Positions 7,219 to 18,856 of a stretch of DNA of 34,854 bases are shown piece after piece. Numbering within the stretch: the stretch's first letter is position 1; each line of letters opens with the position of its first letter. The position numbers were made by a program, and so were the translations under genes. The stretch is from sequence record SRR31156797_4747; one strand, given 5' to 3'. The notes beneath the pieces are model-generated. The model saw only the letters and a list, made by a program, of their open reading frames with translations. It did no database searches and was not told where the DNA came from.

Positions 7219-10200
7219 TTATTGGGCAATTTCTTTCCCGTGGATAATTAGCTGAGGTTCAAACCCTGATCTTTCTTTTGTGGCGAAGCTGAGATAATCA
7301 TCGCTTTTACCACTTGTTATCTCTTCAACTGATAATGTGACGTTTGAGCGTTTTTCCATATCAACCGACTTAATGAGGTTAGTAACGTCAAACTCGATCC
7401 ATTGGTTAACTCCACTCTTTCCTGTATTTACAGCCTTACTCGTGGCGATATTTTCTAAATTGGGTAAGCTGTTAAAAACAAGCCTCAATTCGTTCCAGTC
7501 GAAAGTAGATTTAATCACTATCGAGTTTTGAGTGTTTACCTCTTCAACCATGTTAACAATTACGTCACTTTCACCTTTAGCACCTCGTAAATAAAGCTTT
7601 AGTACCGCCTCTGTCACCTGATAATGTTTAATATCTCTGAGATCAAAATTTAAGAAAATACGGCGGTCGAAAGCAGCACCTTGGTTTGCCACTTGCATAT
7701 AGCCCTTGGAACCATAGTTGTTTGTAGCAGTACCTCCACCTTGTACAAAAGTATCTTGCAAAGGAAGCAGGTTGAGGCTTATTGACTCTTTTTCCTTGCG
7801 CTTTGCTAACTCAGTCGCGTGCTCGCTGGAGTTAAGTTTCTGCCCCTCACTGAAGACAAAATTAATACTTTTACCTAATAACGCTTTTGTGCCTGGAGTC
7901 ACAACTCTTTGCTTAGTCCGCTGGCCATGCTGTTCCAGAGTGACATCAACCACACTGTATGGAACACCTGGCGTGGCTATACTGACCACTACATCCTGTG
8001 GTTGACTTGCAAAATCTAGAATAACCACACTTGGTCTATCCACCGCGACTTTATAATCGGGCGAAATCGTTAGTTCACCTGGCTCAAAAAACACCGCACT
8101 GACAATGTTTTTATCAGTATCTTCGACCGCTTGAATCTTAGTTGTATTTGACAACACTTTTACCGGGATACTTTGCTGATAATCCATCACGCTTTGAACA
8201 CTTCTATCCGGTAGAATAATGTACTGATAAGAACCCTCTCGCGGTTGAACACCATGAGGAATAGAAATCGTAAAAACAGTCTTAAATAATTCGAAATCAG
8301 GCCCACCCGACTTTATTTTAGTCCAGGTTCCATTTTGGGTTTGCACCGACACAACGCGATCCGAGTCGTCTAAAAAGACGTATCCAACTCCATCATGATG
8401 AACCCAACGACTCGTCGAAATGTCGGCATCAACGGTATTTACTGTCAAGTTCTCGCTGTTAGCACTAGTGACAGTACCTTTGAGTAAGGTTTGATTAATC
8501 GTGGTATTAACTTTTGTACTATGTGTAGAACTGATACCGGATCCTAGCGCCACTATCTGATTTCCAAAACTAAACCACGATTTGTGCGCTTTGGTATTAC
8601 CTAAAGCCGGTGTCAATTTAACACGTAGCTCACGTTCCTGAGTCACATCCGTTCTTTCTATATGATCAATCGTCATATCCATGACCATCGTGGTTACACC
8701 AACTTTTCCATCACTCGCCGCACCAACAAATGAAACGTTCTGCATCGTACTTCCCTTGTAATAAGGGGCTTCTTGATACTCAGGTGCGGTAACTCCCGGG
8801 ATTTTTTTCCAATCCAAAACAGGGAAAATATTGTGATACTCTTCACCTGTTTGCATCAAGAAGGTACTACCAAAACCTAACCAATAACCCAGCAAGTTCT
8901 CGCCATTATCGTTTTCGTTAGGAACCGTTCTTTCGGAGTTCATCTGAATACCAAACATAAACCCATCTTCAGCAGTCACAGAGTAATCACTACGCCAAAA
9001 ATATCTAAAGCCGCTTAATCCAGAGCCTGAATTAGAATAGACATGCGCTTTATACGCATCTGCTTCTGGTTTTTTGTTTGGAGCCAACGTTGCAATCTTG
9101 TCCATGATGGTAAGTTCAGGAACGGGGTTATTATTTTCAGCTTGAGGTCGAGCAATGGCGCTACCATAAACGTTGTAATCAAGCTGACTATGGCGATCCA
9201 TCCAACGTCTGCCTTCTAATAGTAAACCCGCTAATATGTCGACTTTACTCTGCTCAAACTTCCACTCCAAATCATGTACGTTATAGGCTAAGTTAACCGC
9301 TGTTGTTAAGAATTTTTCTCCATAACTTCCATTATGGATCTGAGCACCATGATGATGGAAAGACCAATCTGTCTGTATACCTTCCCCCGTACTCACAATG
9401 ATAATTTTCTGTAATTCTATAAGCCCGTGCTGTACCAACTGACTGTTTTCGATTAACAAGCCGTGATAAATAACCCCCTGAGCGATATCGAAGCGGATTT
9501 TATTCGAGAGGTTACCGTCTACTTGAGTAGGTAGAACCGCAACTATTTTGTCTTTGTCTTCAGTTGATAACGCATCACCAAGCATCAACGCTACTGAACC
9601 CAAGGTTTGAGGCTTGGCGATTTCGTCACGCCACCAATCTACAGTTGGGTTTAGTTCGAACCAGTACTTTAAAGCCATGTTTACACTTTGCTTGTACTTT
9701 TCTTCTTTCGTTTCATGATAAGCGGTCGCCAACGTGTTCATTTTTTGCAAATGAAGTTCCGCAGCACGATAGCTTGCTGTAGTCGATTGATATTTTATGT
9801 CACTCCAACTGCCTTCAGAGTGAATAGCGGTTACATATTCATCAGCGAGTTCAATGATGGTGTGTTCTAACGCATTTGCCACTACTTTGTGTTGATAAAC
9901 CAGATCAGCGACCGTTCTGAGTTGCAGCTTATCAATCTCCGTGAGTGGTTTTGATACTGGCGTTTTATCAGGCTCTGGAGTTTTAACTACAGGAACGATC
10001 TCTTCTGGTTTTTTTTCTTTCTCTACTTCGTCGGGTGTCTTTGTTTTGCTGTCATCATTATCACCTGTCGGGTTAGGTGTTGACGGCTTAGCACCGTCCG
10101 TTTTATCAGTACTGCCTGTACCGTCACCCTGCGCCGTTCCGTCGCTACCTTCTGGTTTCTTAGTCACACCAGCGCCTTCCGACGAATCATTACCTTTTAC

Positions 10201-11577
10201 TGGCGTTTGAGTCGTTTTTTCTTCAGTACCTTTCTTCAACGCTGGTTGGGATGGAGTTTGAGAACCTTTGTCTTGTTTGCTTCCCGAGCCATTTTCTGCT
10301 TCTGGTTTGTCATCCTCGCCTATGGACTCGGAGGAAGTGCCGTCAACACTACCCTCCGAGCCAACAACTTCAGGTTGTTTTTTTCCAGTTGGGTTAGCCT
10401 TAGATGAAGAATCCGACTTATTGTCTTTCTCTTGTTCTGAAGTCGATTGCTCAAGTGTCTTTTGAGTTAAGTATGCATTAAGCGCCTCAGACTCAAGCTT
10501 CTTTATGTCAGTTAATAACAGCTCAACCTTAGCTTTAGGCATTAGGTCGCCCAGACTACCCGACACCTCTGCCTGCAATTTCTCTATGAACTTTTTGGTG
10601 TTTAAATATTCACTTTCCAACTGTTCAACAGAAGGTACTTCAGATCTTTTCGCCACCTTCGTCGGATCGTTTGGAGCACTGTCTTCACTGTCACCAAAAC
10701 CGTCTTGATCACTGTCTTCTGATTCCAACGCATTTCTCGGCATTGCATCTTTTTGGTCTTCGATTCCATCATTGTCATCATCGGCATCTTTACCATCACT
10801 GATGCCGTCACCATCACTATCTCTTTCTTCAAAGAATAAAGAAAGCATGTCACTGTCACCAAGAATCCGCTCATCTCTTGCGAGTGGATTGAGCTCTAAT
10901 GCCTCGTAGTCAATAGAGGAAGAAGATTGTGTTTTTCTACTCTTGTGCTTTTTGAACCCCTCAACCACTGACTCAAAACCGCCGTGTTGCTGTTTAAGTT
11001 TTACAGGTTCTTGGACAGGTATTGTTTCCGGTATGACGACAACTAAACTACGTGCAATCGCATGCAGTTGCGTTTCTTTTTCTTCGACATAATCTTCGAA
11101 TAAATCCTGTTGCTCTCTCTCCATTAGGGCCGCGATTTGACTGGATGCTTGTTCGAAAGTCAGGTTTTCAGAAACTTGTTTGGAATGCACTAAGTGTGAG
11201 AGTGGCGTAATGTTCCTCACCCCTGGTGGAGCAACGAGCATGTAGCTCTTTCCTATCGCTTCACCATGGTCTTCATCAACCGTTTTGTTTTCAGATGCAA
11301 GCGCGACCAACCGGTACTGAGTCGGATCACCGTCAAAGTCACTCAAATCAAGTTCGACATCGCCCAATTGTGTTGAGTAAGTCGATGGTTCATTATCATC
11401 GTGTTTATAGTTACCATTTAGATCTAGCCAGACTTGCGCATTGCGAAGGTATCCATCGATAACTTTCGCCTGATAACTTTGGCTTTGTTGAGTAGAATCA
11501 ACAATATTGTGCTCATCACGACAGCCAATAACCAAAATTATCGACGTGACAAGAAAAGATAGTTTAAAACGGTCCAT
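7219..11577 (-). CDS. Multidomain lipoprotein with polysaccharide lyase family 8 core (chondroitin AC/hyaluronate lyase-like)
   Basis: Lipobox LVIG-C19; TSP3-like DxDxDG repeats; low-complexity linker; PL8 motifs WWRDEIAKP, GIQTDWSFHHHGAQIHNGSYG, ENLLG, DWKKIPGVT, AHKSWF, WVHHDGVGY; C-terminal QDTFVQGG...NYG...RRIFLNFDL domain (DNRLRE/CBM96-like). Confidence 0.85.
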   Translation of the reverse strand: MDRFKLSFLVTSIILVIGCRDEHNIVDSTQQSQSYQAKVIDGYLRNAQVWLDLNGNYKHDDNEPSTYSTQLGDVELDLSDFDGDPTQYRLVALASENKTVDEDHGEAIGKSYMLVAPPGVRNITPLSHLVHSKQVSENLTFEQASSQIAALMEREQQDLFEDYVEEKETQLHAIARSLVVVIPETIPVQEPVKLKQQHGGFESVVEGFKKHKSRKTQSSSSIDYEALELNPLARDERILGDSDMLSLFFEERDSDGDGISDGKDADDDNDGIEDQKDAMPRNALESEDSDQDGFGDSEDSAPNDPTKVAKRSEVPSVEQLESEYLNTKKFIEKLQAEVSGSLGDLMPKAKVELLLTDIKKLESEALNAYLTQKTLEQSTSEQEKDNKSDSSSKANPTGKKQPEVVGSEGSVDGTSSESIGEDDKPEAENGSGSKQDKGSQTPSQPALKKGTEEKTTQTPVKGNDSSEGAGVTKKPEGSDGTAQGDGTGSTDKTDGAKPSTPNPTGDNDDSKTKTPDEVEKEKKPEEIVPVVKTPEPDKTPVSKPLTEIDKLQLRTVADLVYQHKVVANALEHTIIELADEYVTAIHSEGSWSDIKYQSTTASYRAAELHLQKMNTLATAYHETKEEKYKQSVNMALKYWFELNPTVDWWRDEIAKPQTLGSVALMLGDALSTEDKDKIVAVLPTQVDGNLSNKIRFDIAQGVIYHGLLIENSQLVQHGLIELQKIIIVSTGEGIQTDWSFHHHGAQIHNGSYGEKFLTTAVNLAYNVHDLEWKFEQSKVDILAGLLLEGRRWMDRHSQLDYNVYGSAIARPQAENNNPVPELTIMDKIATLAPNKKPEADAYKAHVYSNSGSGLSGFRYFWRSDYSVTAEDGFMFGIQMNSERTVPNENDNGENLLGYWLGFGSTFLMQTGEEYHNIFPVLDWKKIPGVTAPEYQEAPYYKGSTMQNVSFVGAASDGKVGVTTMVMDMTIDHIERTDVTQERELRVKLTPALGNTKAHKSWFSFGNQIVALGSGISSTHSTKVNTTINQTLLKGTVTSANSENLTVNTVDADISTSRWVHHDGVGYVFLDDSDRVVSVQTQNGTWTKIKSGGPDFELFKTVFTISIPHGVQPREGSYQYIILPDRSVQSVMDYQQSIPVKVLSNTTKIQAVEDTDKNIVSAVFFEPGELTISPDYKVAVDRPSVVILDFASQPQDVVVSIATPGVPYSVVDVTLEQHGQRTKQRVVTPGTKALLGKSINFVFSEGQKLNSSEHATELAKRKEKESISLNLLPLQDTFVQGGGTATNNYGSKGYMQVANQGAAFDRRIFLNFDLRDIKHYQVTEAVLKLYLRGAKGESDVIVNMVEEVNTQNSIVIKSTFDWNELRLVFNSLPNLENIATSKAVNTGKSGVNQWIEFDVTNLIKSVDMEKRSNVTLSVEEITSGKSDDYLSFATKERSGFEPQLIIHGKEIAQ
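10663..10821 (-). repeat. Thrombospondin type-3-like acidic Ca-binding repeats within the lyase
   Basis: DSDGDGISDGKDADDDNDGIEDQKDAMP...DSDQDGFGDSEDSAPNDP. Confidence 0.75.
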
Positions 11578-11784
11578 CGAAGCCCCTTACACACCCAAAC
11601 TCAGTGCAACGTTTTGCATTTTGAATAAGATCTAAAGAGGATATTGAGTCGTATTAAATGAGTAAACTTTGTAACTAGCTTGAGTCGGCACGGTTCTAGT
11701 AATTTGTGTTTGGTTGTAAAAATATACGAGCGAATCCACAGAACCGGGTGAAAAAACAACGAGAAAATACAAACCGTTAAACAT

Positions 11785-11821
11785 AAAAAAACACCGAACT
11801 CTTTCGAGCCCGGTGCTTTTT
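11785..11821 (-). terminator. serS terminator (possibly bidirectional)
   Basis: CACCG...CGGTG stem with an A-run on the left and T-run on the right, about 25 nt after the serS stop. Confidence 0.7.
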
Positions 11822-11846
11822 AATATCAGATGTTTGACTACTCGGA

Positions 11847-13202
<1,356 letters not shown>

Positions 13203-13256
13203 TTAAGCAAACCGTACGTATTGAATATTTAACTTGTCAAAGATAACGAAAAGCCA

Positions 13257-14606
13257 CTATTTTTCATAGCGCTTTTGTGGGCTTTTTGTGTCTAAATCGG
13301 CCAGATAATCTAACTTTTCACCAATCTTGGTCTCTAAGCCCCGATTTGTTGGCTGATAATAGCGCGTTCCGACCATTTCAGGAGGTAGATATCGTTCACC
13401 AGCGGCATAAGCTCCAGGCTCATCGTGGGCGTAACGATATTCAGCACCATAGCCCATATCCTTCATCAGATTGGTCGGCGCATTACGCAAATGCAGTGGC
13501 ACTTCGTATTCAGGTAAGTTCTGAGCATCTGACAGAGCTTGCTTCCATGCGGTATAAACTGCATTGCTTTTAGGCGCACAGGCCAGATAAACCACCGCTT
13601 GCGCTATCGCTCGAATCCCTTCAGACGGGCCTACGCGTGTAAAACAGTCCCACGCAGACAAAGCGACTTGCATTGCTCTCGGGTCAGCGTTGCCGATATC
13701 TTCAGACGCAATTGCAAGCAAACGTCGAGCAATATACAAAGGGTCACAACCGGCTGAAATCATACGCGCAGACCAATACAAAGCACCATCAGGATTAGAG
13801 CCACGAATTGATTTATGAACCGCTGAGATTAAGTCATACCAAATGTCGCCTTTGTTATCGAAACGCGAGACTTTCTCACCGGCGACTTCAGCAAGTAAGT
13901 TGAGAGTAATTTGCTTTTTGCCACTGTCGTCGTCTTCTGCCATATCATAAAGCAGTTCAAGATAGTTGAGTGACATTCGCGCATCACCATTAACCAGCTC
14001 AGAAAGCCGCTCCAACACGTTGTCATGGAAGACCGCTTCTGTTTCCCCCAGACCGCGCTCTGAATCATTAATAGCTTGATCCAAAGCCTGCTGGATCTCT
14101 TCTTTATTGAGGGACGTCAGCTTATAAACACGTGCTCGAGACAGCAGTGCGTTATTGAGCTCAAACGATGGATTTTCAGTTGTCGCACCGATAAAAGTCA
14201 CCGTGCCATCTTCAATATGTGGCAGGAAAGCATCTTGCTGAGACTTATTAAAGCGATGGACTTCGTCCACAAATAAAATGGTTCGTCTTCCACTTAGTTT
14301 ATTTTCACGGGCTTTTTCAATCGCCAGGCGGATCTCTTTTACACCAGATGTTACTGCGGAAACACGTTCAACTTCGGCGTTAGCATAGTTAGCTGCCACT
14401 TCGGCTAATGTGGTTTTACCTGTGCCCGGCGGCCCCCATAGAATCATCGAATGGATTTGGCCCGCCTCTAATGCTCGGCGTAATGGTTTTCCTTCACCCA
14501 ATATATGCTGCTGACCAATATATTGGTTAACAGTTTGAGGGCGCATACGTGCAGCGAGGGGACGAAAATCTTCGTCCCCTGAAAAATCTAAAGAGTAGTT
14601 ACTCAC
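13257..14606 (-). CDS. rarA: Replication-associated recombination protein A (AAA+ ATPase)
   Basis: PLAARMRP, Walker [32 protein letters not shown] start; canonical position between lolA and serS. Confidence 0.97.
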   Translation of the reverse strand: MSNYSLDFSGDEDFRPLAARMRPQTVNQYIGQQHILGEGKPLRRALEAGQIHSMILWGPPGTGKTTLAEVAANYANAEVERVSAVTSGVKEIRLAIEKARENKLSGRRTILFVDEVHRFNKSQQDAFLPHIEDGTVTFIGATTENPSFELNNALLSRARVYKLTSLNKEEIQQALDQAINDSERGLGETEAVFHDNVLERLSELVNGDARMSLNYLELLYDMAEDDDSGKKQITLNLLAEVAGEKVSRFDNKGDIWYDLISAVHKSIRGSNPDGALYWSARMISAGCDPLYIARRLLAIASEDIGNADPRAMQVALSAWDCFTRVGPSEGIRAIAQAVVYLACAPKSNAVYTAWKQALSDAQNLPEYEVPLHLRNAPTNLMKDMGYGAEYRYAHDEPGAYAAGERYLPPEMVGTRYYQPTNRGLETKIGEKLDYLADLDTKSPQKRYEK

Positions 14607-14618
14607 TGTACCCCATCA

Positions 14619-15215
14619 TTAATTACGTTGATCATCGACTTCGACCCCGTCAGGGACATTGAACGTAAAACGGCTTGCGTCAGGTTTGGTTTGCATTACA
14701 TCACTAAAGCTAAACAAGCTCTTCTGACCATCTTGCTCAAGAACATTGAAACCTTTCACCACCCCTTCACCATCGATGGTGATTTGGAACTGACCTTGAT
14801 TCGATTCTACAGAGGTTGGCGTCAGGGTAAATACATCATTTTCCTGCTCAACGTTATACGCATCCCAATCACCCGGACGATTACGAGTTAAAAGCACAAA
14901 GGGCGTTTGTTCCATCGCCTGTTCTTGATTGTAGATAGTGACTTGTTCGATAAACGGGCTGTAGTACCAAAGTGATTCTCCGTCAGAGACCAATAGATTC
15001 TCATCCGGATCTACCGTTTCCCAACGAAACAGACTTGGGCGAGCGATGTCCACCAGCCCGTTACCTTCCATAACCACTTCATTGTCAGGGCTAATCACCT
15101 GTTGTTGAAACTTAGCACTAAAGCCATCGGTTAAAGCAAGACGCTCACTCAAATTCTCTTTCGGTGTAGCCAATACAGAGAAACTACACATCATTAGAGC
15201 TAACCATTTTTTCAT
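14619..15215 (-). CDS. lolA: Outer membrane lipoprotein chaperone LolA
   Basis: Signal peptide, [27 protein letters not shown]-terminal [11 protein letters not shown]. Confidence 0.96.
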   Translation of the reverse strand: MKKWLALMMCSFSVLATPKENLSERLALTDGFSAKFQQQVISPDNEVVMEGNGLVDIARPSLFRWETVDPDENLLVSDGESLWYYSPFIEQVTIYNQEQAMEQTPFVLLTRNRPGDWDAYNVEQENDVFTLTPTSVESNQGQFQITIDGEGVVKGFNVLEQDGQKSLFSFSDVMQTKPDASRFTFNVPDGVEVDDQRN

Positions 15216-15321
15216 TATTACTCGGCTCCCAGCCAGTTTATATAAAGGTATAGGATAGATTTATATCTTATTGATACCTTTATTTTGTCAGTCTTGTGTT
15301 GGAAAAGTTCGACTTTCTTGT

Positions 15322-15942
15322 TCAGGCACCACAACAACGCTTAAACTTTTTACCGCTTCCACACGGACAAATATCGTTACGGCCAGTCTCTTTATATGGA
15401 TTGACATTTTGTGCCTTGGCTCCAATCATAGCCTCATCCGCCGCCAACGCAACTTCATGAATCATAAGGTCTAACTGCTTCACCATGTTTTCTAGCTGAG
15501 GTAACTCTTCAAAGCCTGCTTCTTTCATCTGTTGATGCGTTTGTTCTTGATCAATAGCCAGCATTAATGTCGTCAATAATGCTTGAAGCATACGAATCGA
15601 ACCATCAGACACCGGAGCTTCTTGCCACAAGGGTTCTATCGTCGGCCAAAGCGTCATAAAGCCTTCTGCAAACTCTGCCAAAGCCTCATCAAAACCACAT
15701 TCGAGCTGTTCTAGCTTCTGATGAACACCGTACTCATTCATCATCAGCTCTTGATACTGCGAGTTAATTTGATCAGTAATTAGAGGCTTCAAGGCTGAAG
15801 CCTCATCGTCAAACACATCTTTTAACCATGAGTCAGGATCAAGTGGTTTGGTTGCAAAATTCGCTGCCAGCACCACGCCTTCAATAAATGCGGGTGATTC
15901 ACTACAGTCGACGGATTCCAAGTTTACAAATTGATAAGTCAT
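15322..15942 (-). CDS. UPF0149/YecA-like protein with C-terminal SEC-C motif
   Basis: C-terminal GRNDICPCGSGKKFKRCC zinc-binding motif; acidic helical N-terminal domain. Confidence 0.85.
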   Translation of the reverse strand: MTYQFVNLESVDCSESPAFIEGVVLAANFATKPLDPDSWLKDVFDDEASALKPLITDQINSQYQELMMNEYGVHQKLEQLECGFDEALAEFAEGFMTLWPTIEPLWQEAPVSDGSIRMLQALLTTLMLAIDQEQTHQQMKEAGFEELPQLENMVKQLDLMIHEVALAADEAMIGAKAQNVNPYKETGRNDICPCGSGKKFKRCCGA

Positions 15943-16093
15943 GGTTTAGTTTCTAATTTATTTTCAATTAGGGATTATTATAACCCTATATAACACATAA
16001 CTTCTCGCTCCAAATAACGCGATTTCGTGACTTTTTATCGCCATGCCTCTACAATCTCGCCTCCATTTTCTACGGTAGCAATAAGATCTTTAT

Positions 16094-17044
16094 ATGAGAG
16101 TTGTTTTAGGCCCTATGGAGGGCGTTTTAGATAGCCTGATGCGCGAAATGCTCACAGAAATTAATGATTACGATTTCTGTGTCACTGAGTTCGTGCGTGT
16201 GGTGAATCAAGCACTCCCCGATCATATGTTCTACCGCCTGTGTCCAGAGTTAAAACAAGGCTCTGTGACTAAATCCGGCGTTCCGGTGAAAGTTCAGCTT
16301 TTAGGACAAGACCCAGAGTGGATGGCAGAGAACGCAGTTCGAGCAGCAAACCTTGGCGCTTATGGTGTTGACTTAAATTTCGGATGCCCAGCGAAAACCG
16401 TCAATAAAAGCAAAGGCGGCGCCGCTCTTCTGCAGCAACCCGAGCTTATCTATCAGGTCGTCAAAGCGTGCCGTGAAGCCGTTCCCGGCCACATTCCCGT
16501 TTCTGCCAAAATTCGTTTAGGTTGGGAGAATCCTGACGACTGTTTTGAAATTGTCGATGCTGTCGAGCAAGCAAAAGCGGACGAGCTGACCGTACACGCT
16601 CGGACTAAAGCCGGCGGTTACAAAGCCAGTGAAATCAAATGGGATTACATCGACCAAATCCGTCAAAAAACGTCTGTACCACTCATCGCTAACGGAGAAG
16701 TTTGGAATTATCAGGACGGTCAGGATTGCATTAAAACCACCGGCGTTGATTCTTTGATGGTTTGTCGTGGAGCATTAAACATCCCGAACTTGGGTAACGT
16801 AGTCAAACACAACCACAACGCTATGGCTTGGAATGACGTGGTAGACCTACTGATCAAGTACTCTGAGTTTGAGGTGAACGGCGACAAAGCTAAGTACTAC
16901 CCCAACCGAGTAAAACAGTGGTTTGCCTACCTGCGCCAAGCTTACCCTGACGCCGCAGAACTTTTCAGAGAAATCCGTGTAAAAACCAAGGTTGATGAGA
17001 TGGTAGAGCACCTAAACCGCTATCGCGATTCACTCTACTCTTAA
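16094..17044 (+). CDS. dusC: tRNA-dihydrouridine(16) synthase
   Basis: LGPMEG, CVTEFVRV, DLNFGCP, SAKIRLG, VHARTK, ANGEVW, RVKQW. Confidence 0.95.
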   Translation: MRVVLGPMEGVLDSLMREMLTEINDYDFCVTEFVRVVNQALPDHMFYRLCPELKQGSVTKSGVPVKVQLLGQDPEWMAENAVRAANLGAYGVDLNFGCPAKTVNKSKGGAALLQQPELIYQVVKACREAVPGHIPVSAKIRLGWENPDDCFEIVDAVEQAKADELTVHARTKAGGYKASEIKWDYIDQIRQKTSVPLIANGEVWNYQDGQDCIKTTGVDSLMVCRGALNIPNLGNVVKHNHNAMAWNDVVDLLIKYSEFEVNGDKAKYYPNRVKQWFAYLRQAYPDAAELFREIRVKTKVDEMVEHLNRYRDSLYS

Positions 17045-17047
17045 CCT

Positions 17048-18514
17048 TTAAAACACCAACTTATTTTTTCCGGTTGTTTTTGCTTCATACAGTTTTTCGT
17101 CTGCGACTTTGAACAGCTTATCAAAATCGCAGCCTGTTGAACTTTCGCAAATCACGACACCACCAGAGACAGTGAAGCCATCCGATGTGATGGTTTTAGA
17201 ATCGGCATTAATGGCCTGTGTCACTCGATGCATCACCTGCTCGATTTGCTCTCTTGCTTGAGCGGTTACATACACCACAAACTCTTCCCCACCAAAGCGG
17301 GCTACTGCATCAGATTCGCGAATGCTCTTTTCTACCTGTTCACCAATATAACGAATCGCATCATCGCCCACATCATGACCGTAGGTATCATTAATCAATT
17401 TGAAATTATCAATATCCAGCACAGATATTGAGTAAAATTTGTTATGTTGAGCACTGGCTAAGAAGGTCTCTAATCCTCTTCGGTTTAATAACCCAGTCAT
17501 AGGATCACGGTTTGCTAAACGCTTAAAATAAGAACGCTCTTGTCTAGTATTGATGTAAAAGAAACCAATGACACCCGCAAAGTAGATGAACAGCACCATG
17601 CCTAAACTGCTCGTTTGGTTATGGATAAAAAAGTGAAACTCCACAGGCCAATCCAGTTCGTAATAAAGGGCATGGTTTAAGTTTAAATCTGGCAAAGTTA
17701 ATAATTTCGCCCTGTAAGCACTTTGAGGTAACGATTCACCGTCTAGATTGGTCAACCTGATACTGCTGGCTAACAAATTGGTTTTACCGATGAGCCTATT
17801 GATATCAATTTGAACTAACGCAACGCCTTGCAGCACATTTTGGTAAACAATGGGAATAGATAAAGCCAGTAGTTCTTTACCAAAAAACAGACTGTCCAAC
17901 GCCGTTGGGCCAGATGCAGAAATAATATCGGGATTGTTTATTGTCTCAGTCCAGAAAGGTCGAGACTTGATGGTTTCTAAAATGTCCACAGTTAAAGTTT
18001 GAGCCAAACTATCTGGTGAAGAAACCACATAATCGTCTTTACTGACGAAATGAACACCGAGTATGTAATCATCCAAACCATGAAGCACTGAGATTAATGG
18101 TGCCAGAGACATGCTCTCCATCACATCTCGACTTAGCAAGCGATTTTTATCACACAGGACAGCACTCCCGACCATCATATAGCTCATTTCTTGCGTCTTA
18201 ACGGAGCGGGTCTCTTCATCTTTAAACAAAGAAACATGTTCAGCTGGCATGATTTTACACAGCTCACCCTCCACAACGCTCTCATGCTCAATGGGAAGTA
18301 GCGATTCAGAGTTCACATAGTGGGTCAGGCTATATTCGAGTGCTCGAATAACTTTAGTGGTACGAGTCAGGGTTGATTCTATCCGCGCATACTCATCGTC
18401 AATTAAACTATCGGCAAAGCGCACATAGCTATAGATAATGGTCACAACCAATAGCAACGAGAACAACAAAGGCCCAAACAGAACAGCCTTTAAACTAAAA
18501 CGATTTTTTTTCAT
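17048..18514 (-). CDS. Membrane-bound sensor diguanylate cyclase (likely ortholog of V. cholerae CdgK by synteny)
   Basis: Two TM segments flanking a periplasmic domain; DPMTGLLNRR, DIDNFKLINDTYGH, intact GGEEF and RxxD I-site (RESD). ATG at 18514 (TTG 18517 alternative). Confidence 0.92.
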   Translation of the reverse strand: MKKNRFSLKAVLFGPLLFSLLLVVTIIYSYVRFADSLIDDEYARIESTLTRTTKVIRALEYSLTHYVNSESLLPIEHESVVEGELCKIMPAEHVSLFKDEETRSVKTQEMSYMMVGSAVLCDKNRLLSRDVMESMSLAPLISVLHGLDDYILGVHFVSKDDYVVSSPDSLAQTLTVDILETIKSRPFWTETINNPDIISASGPTALDSLFFGKELLALSIPIVYQNVLQGVALVQIDINRLIGKTNLLASSIRLTNLDGESLPQSAYRAKLLTLPDLNLNHALYYELDWPVEFHFFIHNQTSSLGMVLFIYFAGVIGFFYINTRQERSYFKRLANRDPMTGLLNRRGLETFLASAQHNKFYSISVLDIDNFKLINDTYGHDVGDDAIRYIGEQVEKSIRESDAVARFGGEEFVVYVTAQAREQIEQVMHRVTQAINADSKTITSDGFTVSGGVVICESSTGCDFDKLFKVADEKLYEAKTTGKNKLVF

Positions 18515-18785
18515 CAATAACGCGCTTCATATAAGAGTTTGTGGAGGCGTAAGCGTTTTCTACATAAAAGTTTAGTACAAACTAACCAACCTAATTGTCA
18601 CTATAATGCAACCAAGCACATTATGATTACAATTAGTTAGAGACAAATATTTATGAAATCGCGATTTGAATACTGTGTTTCAGTCACTCTAGTCCCAAAC
18701 CGCTCGTTTTTAGCAATGCCAAGTGTCTTAACCACGTTATGCTGCATCCCCACTCCTGTTGCAGATGATACTTTCCTTTTTGATC

Positions 18786-18835
18786 AAAAAAACCGCCTTA
18801 CACCAGTGGTAACAATGACGTGGTGTCAGGCGGTT
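18786..18835 (-). terminator. Terminator of the ABC operon
   Basis: Long interrupted stem AACCGCCT-x-ACACCA ... TGGTGT-x-AGGCGGTT with a U tract on the minus strand. Confidence 0.75.
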
Positions 18836-18856
18836 GTTATTGGTTACGAAATTGAA

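Noticed and set aside
9940..10450. Low-complexity segment as tandem repeat, VNTR or CRISPR
   Set aside because: No exact nucleotide repeat unit seen; it is an in-frame disordered linker.
15216..15321. Absence of ftsK upstream of lolA-rarA-serS
   Set aside because: Differs from E. coli but, as I recall, is the normal Vibrio arrangement.
18518..18785. Possible c-di-GMP riboswitch or sRNA upstream of the diguanylate cyclase
   Set aside because: No GEMM-type motif or convincing structure recognised by eye.
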